A DNA stretch of 64,000 nt from an uncultured Lachnospiraceae bacterium (GCA_910588895.1 CAJUSS010000003.1:1050-65049), one strand, 5' to 3'. Positions 16,652 through 26,825 are shown, counted from the stretch's first letter. The notes: generated by a model not told the origin, from the letters alone. A program made the numbers and translations.

Positions 16652-18256
16652 TGCCCCTCCTTTCTGCGGTCCTGCTCCTTCTGCCCCGTCTCTGCCAGGT
16701 CCGCCGGGAGCGCCCTGTCCCTCTTGGCCCCCCCGGCCTCCGGCTCTCTCCCCGACCTGGGTCAGGATGCCTTCCACTGTGATCTCCTGTCCCTCCTCTC
16801 CGGTCTGCAATGTATAAACGCCGCCTTCTTCCAGCTCTGCCAGGCTGATCAGGATACATTCAAAATCTTTTGCCGGGCTCCAGCTAACGATCTCCTCTCC
16901 CTGCCCGGTGCGCAGAGTGACCTCTGTCCCACCTGCCTGGCTCTGGCCATAGCTTACCAGCAGCATCCGCTGGGAGGAAGACTCCGAAAAGGCCTGCATC
17001 ATCCTGGCGCTCCCGGCTGCCAAAAAAGTCCCGCCGCTGATCAGCGCTCTCCCGTCATAGTCCAAGGCTCCGTCACCGCCGCTCACCGGGCCGTTGATGT
17101 AGACGGTCCCGCCATGGACATACACATCCCCGTTGGAATCGATCCCGTCTGCGCCGGAGTCCACCCAGATCTCTCCGCCGGTCATCCGTACATAGATCCC
17201 CTGGGCATCTTCCGTTCCCGCGCCATTGATCCCGTCGTCGATAGAAGTCACCTGGATCGATCCGCCGTTGATATCGATCTTCATCCCCTCCAGCCCTTCA
17301 TAGCTCTCGTCGATGAAGATCGTCCCGTCATGGATCGTCAGCCAGGTCTCTGCGTGGATCCCGTCATCACCAGCAGAGATCTGGATATCGCCGCCCTCCA
17401 CGATCACATAGCCCTTTTCGGCATCCTGATCATTGCTGGCCTTGATCCCATCCTCCCCGCTCTCCACCCGGATCATGCCGTCTTGGATGGACACAGAATC
17501 CTTGCCTTTTATCCCGTCCTTTACTGCCGTTACCCAGATCTCCCCGGAGATGACCGTAAGGTCGTCCTTGCTGAAGATCCCGTTGCCATAGTTCCCCTGG
17601 ACCTTTAGCTTACCTGACCCGTTGATCGTCAGATCGTCCTTGCTGAAGATCGCCGCATCCGGCTCATCCTCATCAGCAGATGGATAAACGTATGCGCTGC
17701 CGTCAGCGACCCGATTCTCAGTCCCCTCCGCCAGGGTCAGGATGATCCTCTTGCTCTGCAGTCCATAGATCGGTGCGGAGTCCGGACAAGTGATGCTGAA
17801 CTGGTCGAAGATGAGCCGCACCTCATCTTCCTTCTTTGCATCCACACAGATCTGTCCCTGATAATCGCCCCGGAGTATGTAGGTACCTGGGCGGGTGATC
17901 CGCACCATCCCCTCCTCCTCGACCGCTCCGCTCCCCTGGATCTGGGCCGTTGTCCCAAAACAGGTCAAGATGACCGCGCCTTCCTCCTCCCAGTCTTCCT
18001 CCAGCTCTGCCTGGTCATACGCAGCGGTCAGCCCGTTCCCTTCCGGCTCCGCCCGCTCTGTCTCATCTCCATCCTTTTCCTGACCTGCCGCCCCCGTTCC
18101 CCCACCGCCCGCTTCCCCGGGCCGTGTATCCCCCGGCGCCTCTGCCAGATCTGACCCATCGGCCGCTTTTTCCGCGTTGCCGCAGCCTGCGGTCTGCAGG
18201 AGCAGCGCCCCCGTCACGGCTGCCGCCGCTATCCGTTTCCAAACCCGTTTTCTCAT
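16502..18256 (-). CDS. Cthe_2159-like carbohydrate-binding beta-helix lipoprotein
   Basis: Lipobox TAGC; ITRPGTYILRG, AAIFSKDDLTINGSG, repeated DGI(K/H/N/D)x motifs, DYDG. Confidence 0.85.
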   Translation of the reverse strand: MRKRVWKRIAAAAVTGALLLQTAGCGNAEKAADGSDLAEAPGDTRPGEAGGGGTGAAGQEKDGDETERAEPEGNGLTAAYDQAELEEDWEEEGAVILTCFGTTAQIQGSGAVEEEGMVRITRPGTYILRGDYQGQICVDAKKEDEVRLIFDQFSITCPDSAPIYGLQSKRIILTLAEGTENRVADGSAYVYPSADEDEPDAAIFSKDDLTINGSGKLKVQGNYGNGIFSKDDLTVISGEIWVTAVKDGIKGKDSVSIQDGMIRVESGEDGIKASNDQDAEKGYVIVEGGDIQISAGDDGIHAETWLTIHDGTIFIDESYEGLEGMKIDINGGSIQVTSIDDGINGAGTEDAQGIYVRMTGGEIWVDSGADGIDSNGDVYVHGGTVYINGPVSGGDGALDYDGRALISGGTFLAAGSARMMQAFSESSSQRMLLVSYGQSQAGGTEVTLRTGQGEEIVSWSPAKDFECILISLAELEEGGVYTLQTGEEGQEITVEGILTQVGERAGGRGGQEGQGAPGGPGRDGAEGAGPQKGGAGEERPRLPEGETGEERPKLPEGEVGEERPGLPEGEAGEERPRLPEGEAG

Positions 18257-18324
18257 CCTTCTGATGCCCTCCTTGTGTCCTATCAAATGAAATATCACGC
18301 CGCCTCGCTCCTGCAGACAGCCCG

Positions 18325-19023
18325 TTAGAGCATTTCTCCCTGCTCCCCCTTTCTTCCGCAGACGATCGTCAGGTTCCCGTTCCGGCACCGGATCAGATCT
18401 AACATCTGCTTCTCCTCCTCCTGGCGCTTTAACTCGATCCGATGATCCAGCTCATAAAGACTGCCCATATCCACGGTCTTTACCCGGACCAGCTCTGACT
18501 TCCTGGTAAACTGCTCAAATATGTCATCAAATATCCCGCTGTAGTCCAGATCCTCCGGGATCGTGATCTTCAATTCTCTTGCCAGCAGCTGGGCATCCGG
18601 GACCGAAAGGCCGATAAAGGACCATGTGATCAAGGCGACCACACCCACTAAAAACATCGCGACCCCGATGTAGCCCATCCCGTTTGCCAGCCCGATCGCC
18701 ATGGCCAGAAAAACACTGGCGATCTCTCTGGCGTTCCCCTGCATAGAACGGAAACGGATCAGGCTAAATGCGCCCATGACCGCGACCCCTACGCCCAGAT
18801 TTCCATTGACCAGCATGATCACCACCTGCACGATCACCGGCAGGAGCACCAACGACAGGAGAAAGCTGCGGCTGCTGGTATTTTTATACTGGTGCAGCGC
18901 TGCCAGGCAGCCGCCAAGACCGATCGAACACAATGTACATACCACCAAGTGGAACATGGTGATCGCCGACGGCGTTTCGTTCAATATACTGTTTAATACA
19001 TGATCTGGCATACTCGCGAGCAT
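18325..19023 (-). CDS. DUF4956-family membrane protein
   Basis: VIMLVNGNLG..GAFSLIRFRS, GLANGMG, LKITIPEDLDY, RCRNGNL. Confidence 0.85.
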   Translation of the reverse strand: MLASMPDHVLNSILNETPSAITMFHLVVCTLCSIGLGGCLAALHQYKNTSSRSFLLSLVLLPVIVQVVIMLVNGNLGVGVAVMGAFSLIRFRSMQGNAREIASVFLAMAIGLANGMGYIGVAMFLVGVVALITWSFIGLSVPDAQLLARELKITIPEDLDYSGIFDDIFEQFTRKSELVRVKTVDMGSLYELDHRIELKRQEEEKQMLDLIRCRNGNLTIVCGRKGEQGEML

Positions 19024-19063
19024 AGTCTTTCCTCCTCATTTCTATCCTCAGGCTGCCCCTGTC

Positions 19064-19831
19064 TCAGGCAGCGCTTTCTTTTTCATCTCTGCGCCCGTTC
19101 CCGGCATCACCTGCAGCGCCTCGCCTGTCACAGATCTCTTCCATCTTCCTGCCGCGATAAAACCGGCCGTACTTTGAATAGGAGACCGGGAAGATCTCCA
19201 GCTCACTGAAGGTCTGGCTCATCCAAAGAGGGACCGCCCCGGGGACCTTGATCTCCATCAGCACCTGCCCCGGCTCTAAAAGAGCATTCCCATACGCCCC
19301 ACAGGTAAGCTCCAGATCCCTGCCCCGTCCCAGGATATCCCGGTCAAAGGTCACCCGCAGATCTGAGATCTTGGTAAAGGTATAGGCCATCCGCTCATAA
19401 CCGATATATGCCATCGGCTTTAACCCATACTGCCTTATGCAATGATCCAGCTCCAGAAAGATCTGATCCTGTCTGTCCGGCCGGATCCCCTCATAAAGAT
19501 ACCGCCTGGCCTCCGCATACCCCATCTCGATCCGCCGCTTATAGACCACATGCTCATATTTTTTCTTCACTTCCAAAAACACCCGGCCCTCTTCCTCTCT
19601 ATCCCAAAAGTCCCCATACCCACGCAGTCTGACCTTTTCTTTATAGACCGGTTTCTCTAAAGATGTCCGGATCAGCCGATAGTCCGGAGTATCCAGATAG
19701 ATATTCCCGATCCTATGCCGCCCATACTGATCCAGCTCCATTATCCCGCCAAACCGTATCATGAGCTGGCGGTACTGGTCCTTGGACAGCAGGTATTTCT
19801 TCTCATATCGCCGGAACACCTCCTGTGCCAT
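19064..19831 (-). CDS. VTC-domain (CYTH-like) polyphosphate polymerase domain protein
   Basis: RYEKKY, KVRLRGY, LEVKKK..YKRR, RVTFD, MEIK, SKY. Confidence 0.88.
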   Translation of the reverse strand: MAQEVFRRYEKKYLLSKDQYRQLMIRFGGIMELDQYGRHRIGNIYLDTPDYRLIRTSLEKPVYKEKVRLRGYGDFWDREEEGRVFLEVKKKYEHVVYKRRIEMGYAEARRYLYEGIRPDRQDQIFLELDHCIRQYGLKPMAYIGYERMAYTFTKISDLRVTFDRDILGRGRDLELTCGAYGNALLEPGQVLMEIKVPGAVPLWMSQTFSELEIFPVSYSKYGRFYRGRKMEEICDRRGAAGDAGNGRRDEKESAA

Positions 19832-20137
19832 GCCATCCCTCCTTTTCCAAAATTTTTCTATCGGTCATCGCTTTTATAGGATACTGAAGATCTGTGTTGT
19901 TTTTGGGGCTAAAATGTGATCTGTCTGTGAAACAGGACCGACGACCCTTTTCACAGCCGGTCACTATCCACAGCCAGGGCTCCATCTGCCCCGGAACGGC
20001 AGACAGGGTGACATCCGCTAAGATCTGTGTTATAGTGGGATAAAGGGCCGCTGTGAACGCCATGAAAAAAGCCCTGAGGCTCTGCGCTCAGGACTCCAAA
20101 AAGAGAAGATATAAATTAAAGAAAGGGGTCGTGACCC

Positions 20138-21520
20138 ATGTCGATCTTGTCACATACAAACGATAAAAATGATTTTTCAAAAGGGAGTGTGATACAGAAC
20201 ATCCTCCGCTTAGCTCTCCCCATGACCTTGGCCCAGCTGATCAACGTGCTGTACAATATCGTTGACCGGATCTTCATCGGCCGGATCCCGGAGAACGCCA
20301 CCATGGCCCTCACCGGCTTAGGCCTCTGTCTGCCGATCATCTCCATGGTGATGGCCTTCGCCAATCTGTTCGGCATGGGCGGCGCGCCCTTATGCTCCAT
20401 CGAGAGAGGGCGGGGGGATGATAAGGAGGCCGAGGCGATCATGGGAAATTCCTTCATCCTGATGTTCCTCTGCGGCCTTATCCTGACCGTCCTGGGGCTC
20501 GTCTTTAAGCGGCCCATGCTGTATCTGTTCGGGGCATCGGAGCAGACCCTTCCCTACGCGGAAAGCTATGTGACCATCTACCTTCTGGGCAGCCTTTTCG
20601 TCATGATCGGATTAGGGATGAACAGCTTCATCAACTCCCAGGGCTTTGGCCTGATCGGGATGCTGACCGTGCTCTTAGGCGCCATCTCCAATATCATCCT
20701 GGACCCGATCTTCATCTTTGTCCTAAAGCTGGGCGTCCAGGGCGCTGCCTGGGCCACGATCATCTCCCAGGGGCTGTCCGCCCTGTGGATCGTCCGCTTC
20801 CTGACCAGTGACAAGGCGATCCTGAAACTGAAAAAGCAAGCCTTCCGGTTAAAACGGGAACGGGTCCTGGCGATCGTCGGGCTGGGCTTATCCGGCTTTA
20901 CCATGTCGATCACCAACAGTACGGTCCAGATCCTGTACAATGTGAGCCTTTCCCGCTTCGGAGGCGACTTATATGTAGGGATCATGACCGTGATCAATTC
21001 CGTCCGGGAGATCGTCTCCCTCCCGGTCCAGGGGCTTACCCAGAGCGCACAGCCGGTCATGGGGTTCAATTACGGCGCCGGGGAATACGGGCGGGTCAAA
21101 AAAGCGATCCGGTTCATATCGGCAGTCTCCATCGGCTACACTCTTCTGGCCTGGAGCATGGTCCATGGCTTTCCGGGATCCTTTATCCGGATCTTCAACC
21201 AGGACGCGGATCTGATCGCGGCGGGCATCCCGGCCATGCAGATCTACTATTTCGGCTTCTTCATGATGTCCTTACAGTTTGCCGGCCAATCCACGTTCAC
21301 CGCGCTGGGGAGATCAAAAGAGGCTGTGTTCTTCTCCATCTTCCGGAAGATCGTGATCGTGAGCCCGCTGATCTTGATCTTGCCAAACCTGTTCGGCTTA
21401 GGCACCGACGGCATCTTTATGGCCGAACCCATCTCCAACTTCATCGGCGGACTGGCCTGCTACGGCACCATGCTCTGCACTGTATGGCGGGAGCTGGGAA
21501 AAAAACAGCTCGCGGCCTGA
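20138..21520 (+). CDS. MATE-family efflux transporter (MepA-like)
   Basis: LYNIVDRIFIG, NIILDPIFIF..GVQGAAWAT, GFNYGA. Confidence 0.93.
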   Translation: MSILSHTNDKNDFSKGSVIQNILRLALPMTLAQLINVLYNIVDRIFIGRIPENATMALTGLGLCLPIISMVMAFANLFGMGGAPLCSIERGRGDDKEAEAIMGNSFILMFLCGLILTVLGLVFKRPMLYLFGASEQTLPYAESYVTIYLLGSLFVMIGLGMNSFINSQGFGLIGMLTVLLGAISNIILDPIFIFVLKLGVQGAAWATIISQGLSALWIVRFLTSDKAILKLKKQAFRLKRERVLAIVGLGLSGFTMSITNSTVQILYNVSLSRFGGDLYVGIMTVINSVREIVSLPVQGLTQSAQPVMGFNYGAGEYGRVKKAIRFISAVSIGYTLLAWSMVHGFPGSFIRIFNQDADLIAAGIPAMQIYYFGFFMMSLQFAGQSTFTALGRSKEAVFFSIFRKIVIVSPLILILPNLFGLGTDGIFMAEPISNFIGGLACYGTMLCTVWRELGKKQLAA

Positions 21521-22882
21521 TCAGGATGCCCGCTCCAGCCGTTTGAACAGCCGCCCCAATACACAGACCGCCGCTATGGCCAGCACCACCTCCGCGGTGA
21601 ACTGAGCATAGGCCAGACCGTACAGTGGGAAGAAGTAGTTCAGCACATAGAGCGCCGGGATCTCCAGGATGATCTTCCGCATGATCGCAAAGATAAACGC
21701 CTCCCGCCCCATGCCCACCGCCTGGAACACGCCTACCGCCAGAAAATCCATGCACAGGAAGGGGATGCCTAAACAGAAGCCTTGCAAAAAACGGGTCCCG
21801 TAGGCGATGATGCTGGCATTCTGCATGAACAAGGCGATCACCTGCCCGGCGAACACATAGTAGAGCAAGCTGGTCAGAGTGATGAAGCTCAAGGAGGCCT
21901 TGGCTGAAAAGAAGATGGTCCCCTTCATCCGCTCATGGTTGCGGCTGGAATAGGTATAGCTGATCAGCGGCATGATCCCTTGGGAGATCCCCATGGCGAT
22001 GTACATGGGGATCATGTACACCTTCTGGGAGATCCCCATAGCTGCCACCGCGTCCGTCCCAAAGGAGGAGGTAAAATTGTTCAGGATGGTCATACCGGTC
22101 ACATTTAACAGGTTCTGGATCGAAGCCGGGATCCCCACACCGCATATCCCTAAGACGATCGCAGGCTGCCAAGAGAGCTTTTTTGGATGGATGCAGATAT
22201 AGCTGCTCTTCCGTTTGACATGAAAAAGGATCAGGAAATAGCAGCAGGCCACACAGTTGGATAAAAAGGTGGCCAGCCCGGCCCCTTCCGCTCCCATCCC
22301 TAAGCCCCAGGGCAGGATAAAGATCGGATCTAGGACGATGTTTAGCAGACAGCCGCTCATGGTGCCGAGACTGGCATGGAGGGCCGCCCCTTCTGACCGG
22401 ACCATATAGGCCATCACCACGTTCATGATCGCCGGCACGGCGCCGAAGCTGACCGTCCACTTCATATAGGCTGCCGTGGCCGCTGTCGTCTCCGCATCCG
22501 CGCCCAGCAAGACCAGCAGAGGATCTTTGAGCACCGTGCAGAGGAGGGCCAGCAAGGCCCCGCCGGACAGAGCGCAGTAAAAACCGAAGGCCGAGCTGCG
22601 CCTGACCATATCAAATTCTTTTCTTCCCAGAGCGCGGCTCATCATGCTGGAGGTCCCTACCCCAAAAAGGTTGTTGACCGCATTGAAGGCCAACAGGACC
22701 GGTGCAGCCAGCGTGACCGCAGCGTTCTGGATCGGATCGTTCACCATCCCCACAAAATAGGTGTCCGCCAGGTTGTAGATCACCATCACCAGGGAGCTGA
22801 TGATCGTGGGGATCGCCAGCTTTGCCACCGCTCTGGGTATGGGGGTCCTCTCAAACAGGTCGATCTTTGACGCATCCGGCAT
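21521..22882 (-). CDS. MATE-family efflux transporter
   Basis: IYNLADTYFVG, NIVLDPIFI..GAEGAGLAT; start at MPDASK after AGGAG. Confidence 0.93.
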   Translation of the reverse strand: MPDASKIDLFERTPIPRAVAKLAIPTIISSLVMVIYNLADTYFVGMVNDPIQNAAVTLAAPVLLAFNAVNNLFGVGTSSMMSRALGRKEFDMVRRSSAFGFYCALSGGALLALLCTVLKDPLLVLLGADAETTAATAAYMKWTVSFGAVPAIMNVVMAYMVRSEGAALHASLGTMSGCLLNIVLDPIFILPWGLGMGAEGAGLATFLSNCVACCYFLILFHVKRKSSYICIHPKKLSWQPAIVLGICGVGIPASIQNLLNVTGMTILNNFTSSFGTDAVAAMGISQKVYMIPMYIAMGISQGIMPLISYTYSSRNHERMKGTIFFSAKASLSFITLTSLLYYVFAGQVIALFMQNASIIAYGTRFLQGFCLGIPFLCMDFLAVGVFQAVGMGREAFIFAIMRKIILEIPALYVLNYFFPLYGLAYAQFTAEVVLAIAAVCVLGRLFKRLERAS

Positions 22883-22966
22883 ATCTATCCATCTCCTTCT
22901 ATCACAGACAGTCCATTTGATCTTGCATCCAGCCGGCACAGCCCTTATCGCGGGCAATCGCAGGCG

Positions 22967-24364
22967 CTATCGGCGCGCTCCCTTCCGGTCATATCCCTGC
23001 TCATGCCATTCAAACCGGCGCAGGTTCTCCGGGGATGCGCCCAGCAGGGTGATCAGTTCGCTCTCCGGCATGACCGGCGTATAGAAGGGCCCTTGCTGCA
23101 GATCGCAGCCGAATCGGTCTAAGCACTCCCTCTGCCTCTGGGTCTCCACACCTTCCGCGATCACGTTCTTATCCATCTTTTTGGCGATCTGCACCAGACC
23201 GGCATTGACCGGGGCAGATCTGGGGTTGTTTTCCAATTGCCAGATGAACATCCGGCTGAGCTTCACCGTATCCACCGGAAGATCGAAGATCTTCATCAGC
23301 CCTGTGCCGCCGGATCCAAAATTCGTCAAGATCACCTCCACACCAAGCCAGGAAAGATGCTGCAATGTGGCGGCGATATTGACATAGGAATGGTCCGCCG
23401 CATATTCATCGATCTCGACCGCCAGCTTTTTGGGCGGGATCTGATACTTATCCAGCACCCGGGTCACCTCCTGGAGGAGATCCCGCTGCAAGAACAGCAC
23501 CGGGGACAATGGCAGGGAGATTGAAGCAAACTCCACGCCCGCTTTCATAAGGCGGGCGATCAATGCCGCCACCTTATCCAGGGCATAGTACTCCACCTGG
23601 CGGATCTGGCCGGTATCCTCGGCGATCGCCAGATATTCCCCACTGCTGACCATACCCACATTTTCGATAAAGATACGCATGATGAACCCGGCCCGGGTGA
23701 ACTTCTGCAGCTTTCGGTTGTAGGCCGGCCGGTAACTGATCTCCACCTCATCCCTGGCGATCGCGGTCCCCAGATACTTTGCGATCGCCTGCTGGCGCAC
23801 GAACTGGGTGTGCAGCGCCTGGTCATAGACCGCATACTGGTTGCCCCCCAGCTCCGCTGCCTGCGAGGCTGCCATATCTAAGCATTTCAGCATCTCCGCC
23901 GCATTGGAGACGTGGCCAGGATAGGCGCACAGCGCGATCTGGGCTGTACAGATGCAGTCCGTATCCCCGATCAACCAATTCCGGTTGAACCGTTCCAGCA
24001 GTTCCTCCGCGATCCGGACCGCATCCTTCATGGTCCGGTTCCGCAGGATGACGATGAACTCGACCCCAACATAACGGTAGACCGTGCAGCCAGTCTTCTT
24101 TTCCATATAGTCCATGATCTTTTCCAGCAGCGTATCACAATACTCAAAGCCGAACATATTGTTCATGTGCTTGAAATTTTCTATATACAGCTTGAGCACC
24201 ACGCCCCGGTTCTGCATCAAAAACTGTGCTTCCAAACGGCTGAAGCAGAGTCTGCCCTCATTCCTGCGGTCCTCTACCTCCACCAGCTCCCTGGGCTGAT
24301 GTCCGGCCAGCTCCGTTCCCTCTTTCCGCTGTCTTACTTTTTCTCGTTTACTGAAAAGCCCCAT
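22967..24364 (-). CDS. GGDEF-EAL protein with both catalytic motifs degenerate
   Basis: YRYVGVEF in place of RxGGDEF; AGFIMR in place of EALxR; TNFGSG in place of DDFGTG; AEGVET and QG retained. Confidence 0.85.
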   Translation of the reverse strand: MGLFSKREKVRQRKEGTELAGHQPRELVEVEDRRNEGRLCFSRLEAQFLMQNRGVVLKLYIENFKHMNNMFGFEYCDTLLEKIMDYMEKKTGCTVYRYVGVEFIVILRNRTMKDAVRIAEELLERFNRNWLIGDTDCICTAQIALCAYPGHVSNAAEMLKCLDMAASQAAELGGNQYAVYDQALHTQFVRQQAIAKYLGTAIARDEVEISYRPAYNRKLQKFTRAGFIMRIFIENVGMVSSGEYLAIAEDTGQIRQVEYYALDKVAALIARLMKAGVEFASISLPLSPVLFLQRDLLQEVTRVLDKYQIPPKKLAVEIDEYAADHSYVNIAATLQHLSWLGVEVILTNFGSGGTGLMKIFDLPVDTVKLSRMFIWQLENNPRSAPVNAGLVQIAKKMDKNVIAEGVETQRQRECLDRFGCDLQQGPFYTPVMPESELITLLGASPENLRRFEWHEQGYDRKGARR

Positions 24365-24536
24365 ACCACGCCCCCTTTGATATCTCTGTCGAAATTATAC
24401 CTTGATCCGGGAAAAGAAGCAAGCGCTTTCCTTTTTTCGCCGCATAGAGTATAATAAGGACACTTGGCAGGATCTTTCCAGACCAAGCAGGCTTCTGCAA
24501 CAGCGCTGCGGCGCCAGATACCAAGGAGGTATACAT

Positions 24537-25931
24537 ATGAAAAACCAAACGAAACAAGGTGTATTGGAACGGGCCTTCCGCCTTTCCGAACGTCACACGG
24601 ATGTGAAGACCGAGGTGATCGCCGGCATCACCACCTTCATGACCATGGCTTATATCCTGGCGGTCAATCCCAACATCTTAAGTGCAGCAGGTATGGACCG
24701 GGGGGCTGTATTTACCGCCACCGCGCTGGCGTCTCTCGTGGCCACCCTTTTGATGGCCGGACTAGCTGACTATCCCTTCGTCCTGGCACCCGGTATGGGT
24801 CTGAACGTATATTTTGCCTACACGGTGGTCCTTCAGATGGGTTACTCCTGGGAGATGGCCCTGGCCGCCGTATTTGTAGAAGGCATCCTCTTCATCATCC
24901 TGTCTCTCACCAATGTGCGCGAAGCGATCTTCAACGCGATCCCCATGAACCTAAAGCATGCCGTATCCGCAGGCATCGGCCTGTTCATCGCTTTTATCGG
25001 CCTGCAAAATGCCAAGATCGTGGTGGACAGTGCCACTTTAGTCTCCTTTTATCCCTTTAAGAGCAGCCTGGACGCCGGCACATTCCCCTCGGAGGGGATC
25101 ACCGTGCTGCTGGCGCTGATCGGCATCCTGGTCACCGCCATCCTGCTGGTCAAGAACGTAAAAGGCGGCATCCTCTGGGGCATCCTGCTCACCTGGGTCC
25201 TGGGGATCGTCTGCGAGCTGACCGGGCTGTATGTGCCGGATGCAGAGCTTGGGATGTCCAGCGTGCTCCCAGACTTTTCCACAGGCCTTGGCGTACCCAG
25301 CATGGCTCCCACCTTCCTCAAGCTGGATTTCAGCAGCCTTATGTCCTTTAACTTTATCACGGTCATGCTCGCTTTCCTTTTTGTGGACATGTTCGACACC
25401 TTAGGGACCTTGATCGGCGTGGCTTCCAAGGCAGACATGCTGGATAAGGACGGAAAGCTGCCTAAGATCCGCAGCGCCCTTCTGGCGGATGCGGTGGGCA
25501 CCTCCGTGGGCGCTGTGTTCGGTACATCCACTACCACCACCTTTGTGGAGAGCGCCTCCGGCGTGGCGGCAGGCGGACGGACCGGCCTGACGGCAGTGGT
25601 ATCCGCCCTTCTCTTTGGGCTTTCCCTGTTCCTCTCCCCGATCTTCCTGGCGATCCCGTCCTTTGCCACCGCACCGGCTCTGATCATGGTGGGATTTTTG
25701 ATGGTGACCTCGATCTTAAAGGTGGATCTCCATGACTACACCGAGGCGATCCCCGCCTACATCTGCCTGATCGCCATGCCCTTCATGTACAGCATCTCCG
25801 AAGGCATCGCCATGGGCGTCATCTCCTATGTGGTCATCCACCTGGCCTCCGGGAAAGCGAAGGATAAGAAGATCAGCCTGCTGATGTATATCCTTGCCGT
25901 GCTGTTTGTACTGAAATATGTGTTCTTATAA
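24537..25931 (+). CDS. NCS2/AzgA-like purine permease
   Basis: AGITTFMTMAYILAVNP, APGMGLN, FDTLGTL, ESASGVAAGGRTGLT. Confidence 0.93.
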   Translation: MKNQTKQGVLERAFRLSERHTDVKTEVIAGITTFMTMAYILAVNPNILSAAGMDRGAVFTATALASLVATLLMAGLADYPFVLAPGMGLNVYFAYTVVLQMGYSWEMALAAVFVEGILFIILSLTNVREAIFNAIPMNLKHAVSAGIGLFIAFIGLQNAKIVVDSATLVSFYPFKSSLDAGTFPSEGITVLLALIGILVTAILLVKNVKGGILWGILLTWVLGIVCELTGLYVPDAELGMSSVLPDFSTGLGVPSMAPTFLKLDFSSLMSFNFITVMLAFLFVDMFDTLGTLIGVASKADMLDKDGKLPKIRSALLADAVGTSVGAVFGTSTTTTFVESASGVAAGGRTGLTAVVSALLFGLSLFLSPIFLAIPSFATAPALIMVGFLMVTSILKVDLHDYTEAIPAYICLIAMPFMYSISEGIAMGVISYVVIHLASGKAKDKKISLLMYILAVLFVLKYVFL

Positions 25932-25959
25932 GCTCTGCACCTCAGACATGGGCAAAGAT

Positions 25960-26001
25960 AGAGATGGGGCCGGCACAAGATCTTGTGCCGGCCCCATCTC
26001 T
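25960..26001. repeat. 42-bp perfect spacer-less palindrome between convergent genes
   Basis: AGAGATGGGGCCGGCACAAGA|TCTTGTGCCGGCCCCATCTCT. Confidence 0.9.
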
Positions 26002-26081
26002 TTGTCATCTGCAGACCGCCGATGTACCTGGCCCTGCCAGGATCGTCATCCTTTACACTGCCGTGCGCATGGATGCCGGAT

Positions 26082-26825
26082 CTAAGAAGTCACCCAGGCC
26101 CCATCAGCCCCTACATAATAGCCATCTACATAGGTGTTCGCCGCCATCGCGCCTCTGGTGCCGTCCGATACCGGATTCAGATAATACCATTTTCCGTTGA
26201 TCTGCTGCCAGCCGGTCAGCATCTTGCCGCTGGCATCACAGTAGAACCATGCATTGTACGAGGGGTCTAGTATCCAGCCTGTCCGCATCTTCCCTTCGTT
26301 GCTCCCGCTGGATGGATCCAGATAATACCACTCGCCGCCGGCCGACTTCCATCCGGTCTCCATGACCCCCTTCCTGCCATCTGAGACAGGATGGAAATAA
26401 TACCAGTCATTTCCGATCTGCCGCCAGTCCGCCACCATCATGCCATTTTCATTTAAGTAGAACCAGGCATCATAGGAGGGATCCTTTATCCAGCCGATCC
26501 GCATCTTTCCCTCTCCGCTGTCCCTGGCCGGATCGAAATAATACCACTGGCCGTTGATCTGCCGCCAGCCGGTCACCATATGGCCCTGGGAGTCAAAGTA
26601 ATAGAGCTGGCCGTTGATATAGCCCCAGCTATTCGCCGCATACTCACTGGAATCCTTTTTAAACTTCCATTTCACATCATCTGCGATCCATCTGCCATGC
26701 ATCCTCACACCACTGGCAAAGTTGCTGAGATAGTCATCCCCGCCTGCCGCGATCAGTACGTTCACTGCTGCAAGGACCGCCACCGCGATCACTGCGATCT
26801 TCCATTTTGTCCTTTTCCCGTTCAT
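26082..26825 (-). CDS. Exported protein made of cell-wall-binding repeats only
   Basis: Signal/TM segment, then TGWxQINGxWYY repeats ending DGYYVGADGAW. Confidence 0.85.
   Translation of the reverse strand: MNGKRTKWKIAVIAVAVLAAVNVLIAAGGDDYLSNFASGVRMHGRWIADDVKWKFKKDSSEYAANSWGYINGQLYYFDSQGHMVTGWRQINGQWYYFDPARDSGEGKMRIGWIKDPSYDAWFYLNENGMMVADWRQIGNDWYYFHPVSDGRKGVMETGWKSAGGEWYYLDPSSGSNEGKMRTGWILDPSYNAWFYCDASGKMLTGWQQINGKWYYLNPVSDGTRGAMAANTYVDGYYVGADGAWVTS

Noticed and set aside
24365..24536. Purine riboswitch upstream of the NCS2 permease (also sought at 57289-57390)
   Set aside because: The conserved purine aptamer core is not present in either leader.
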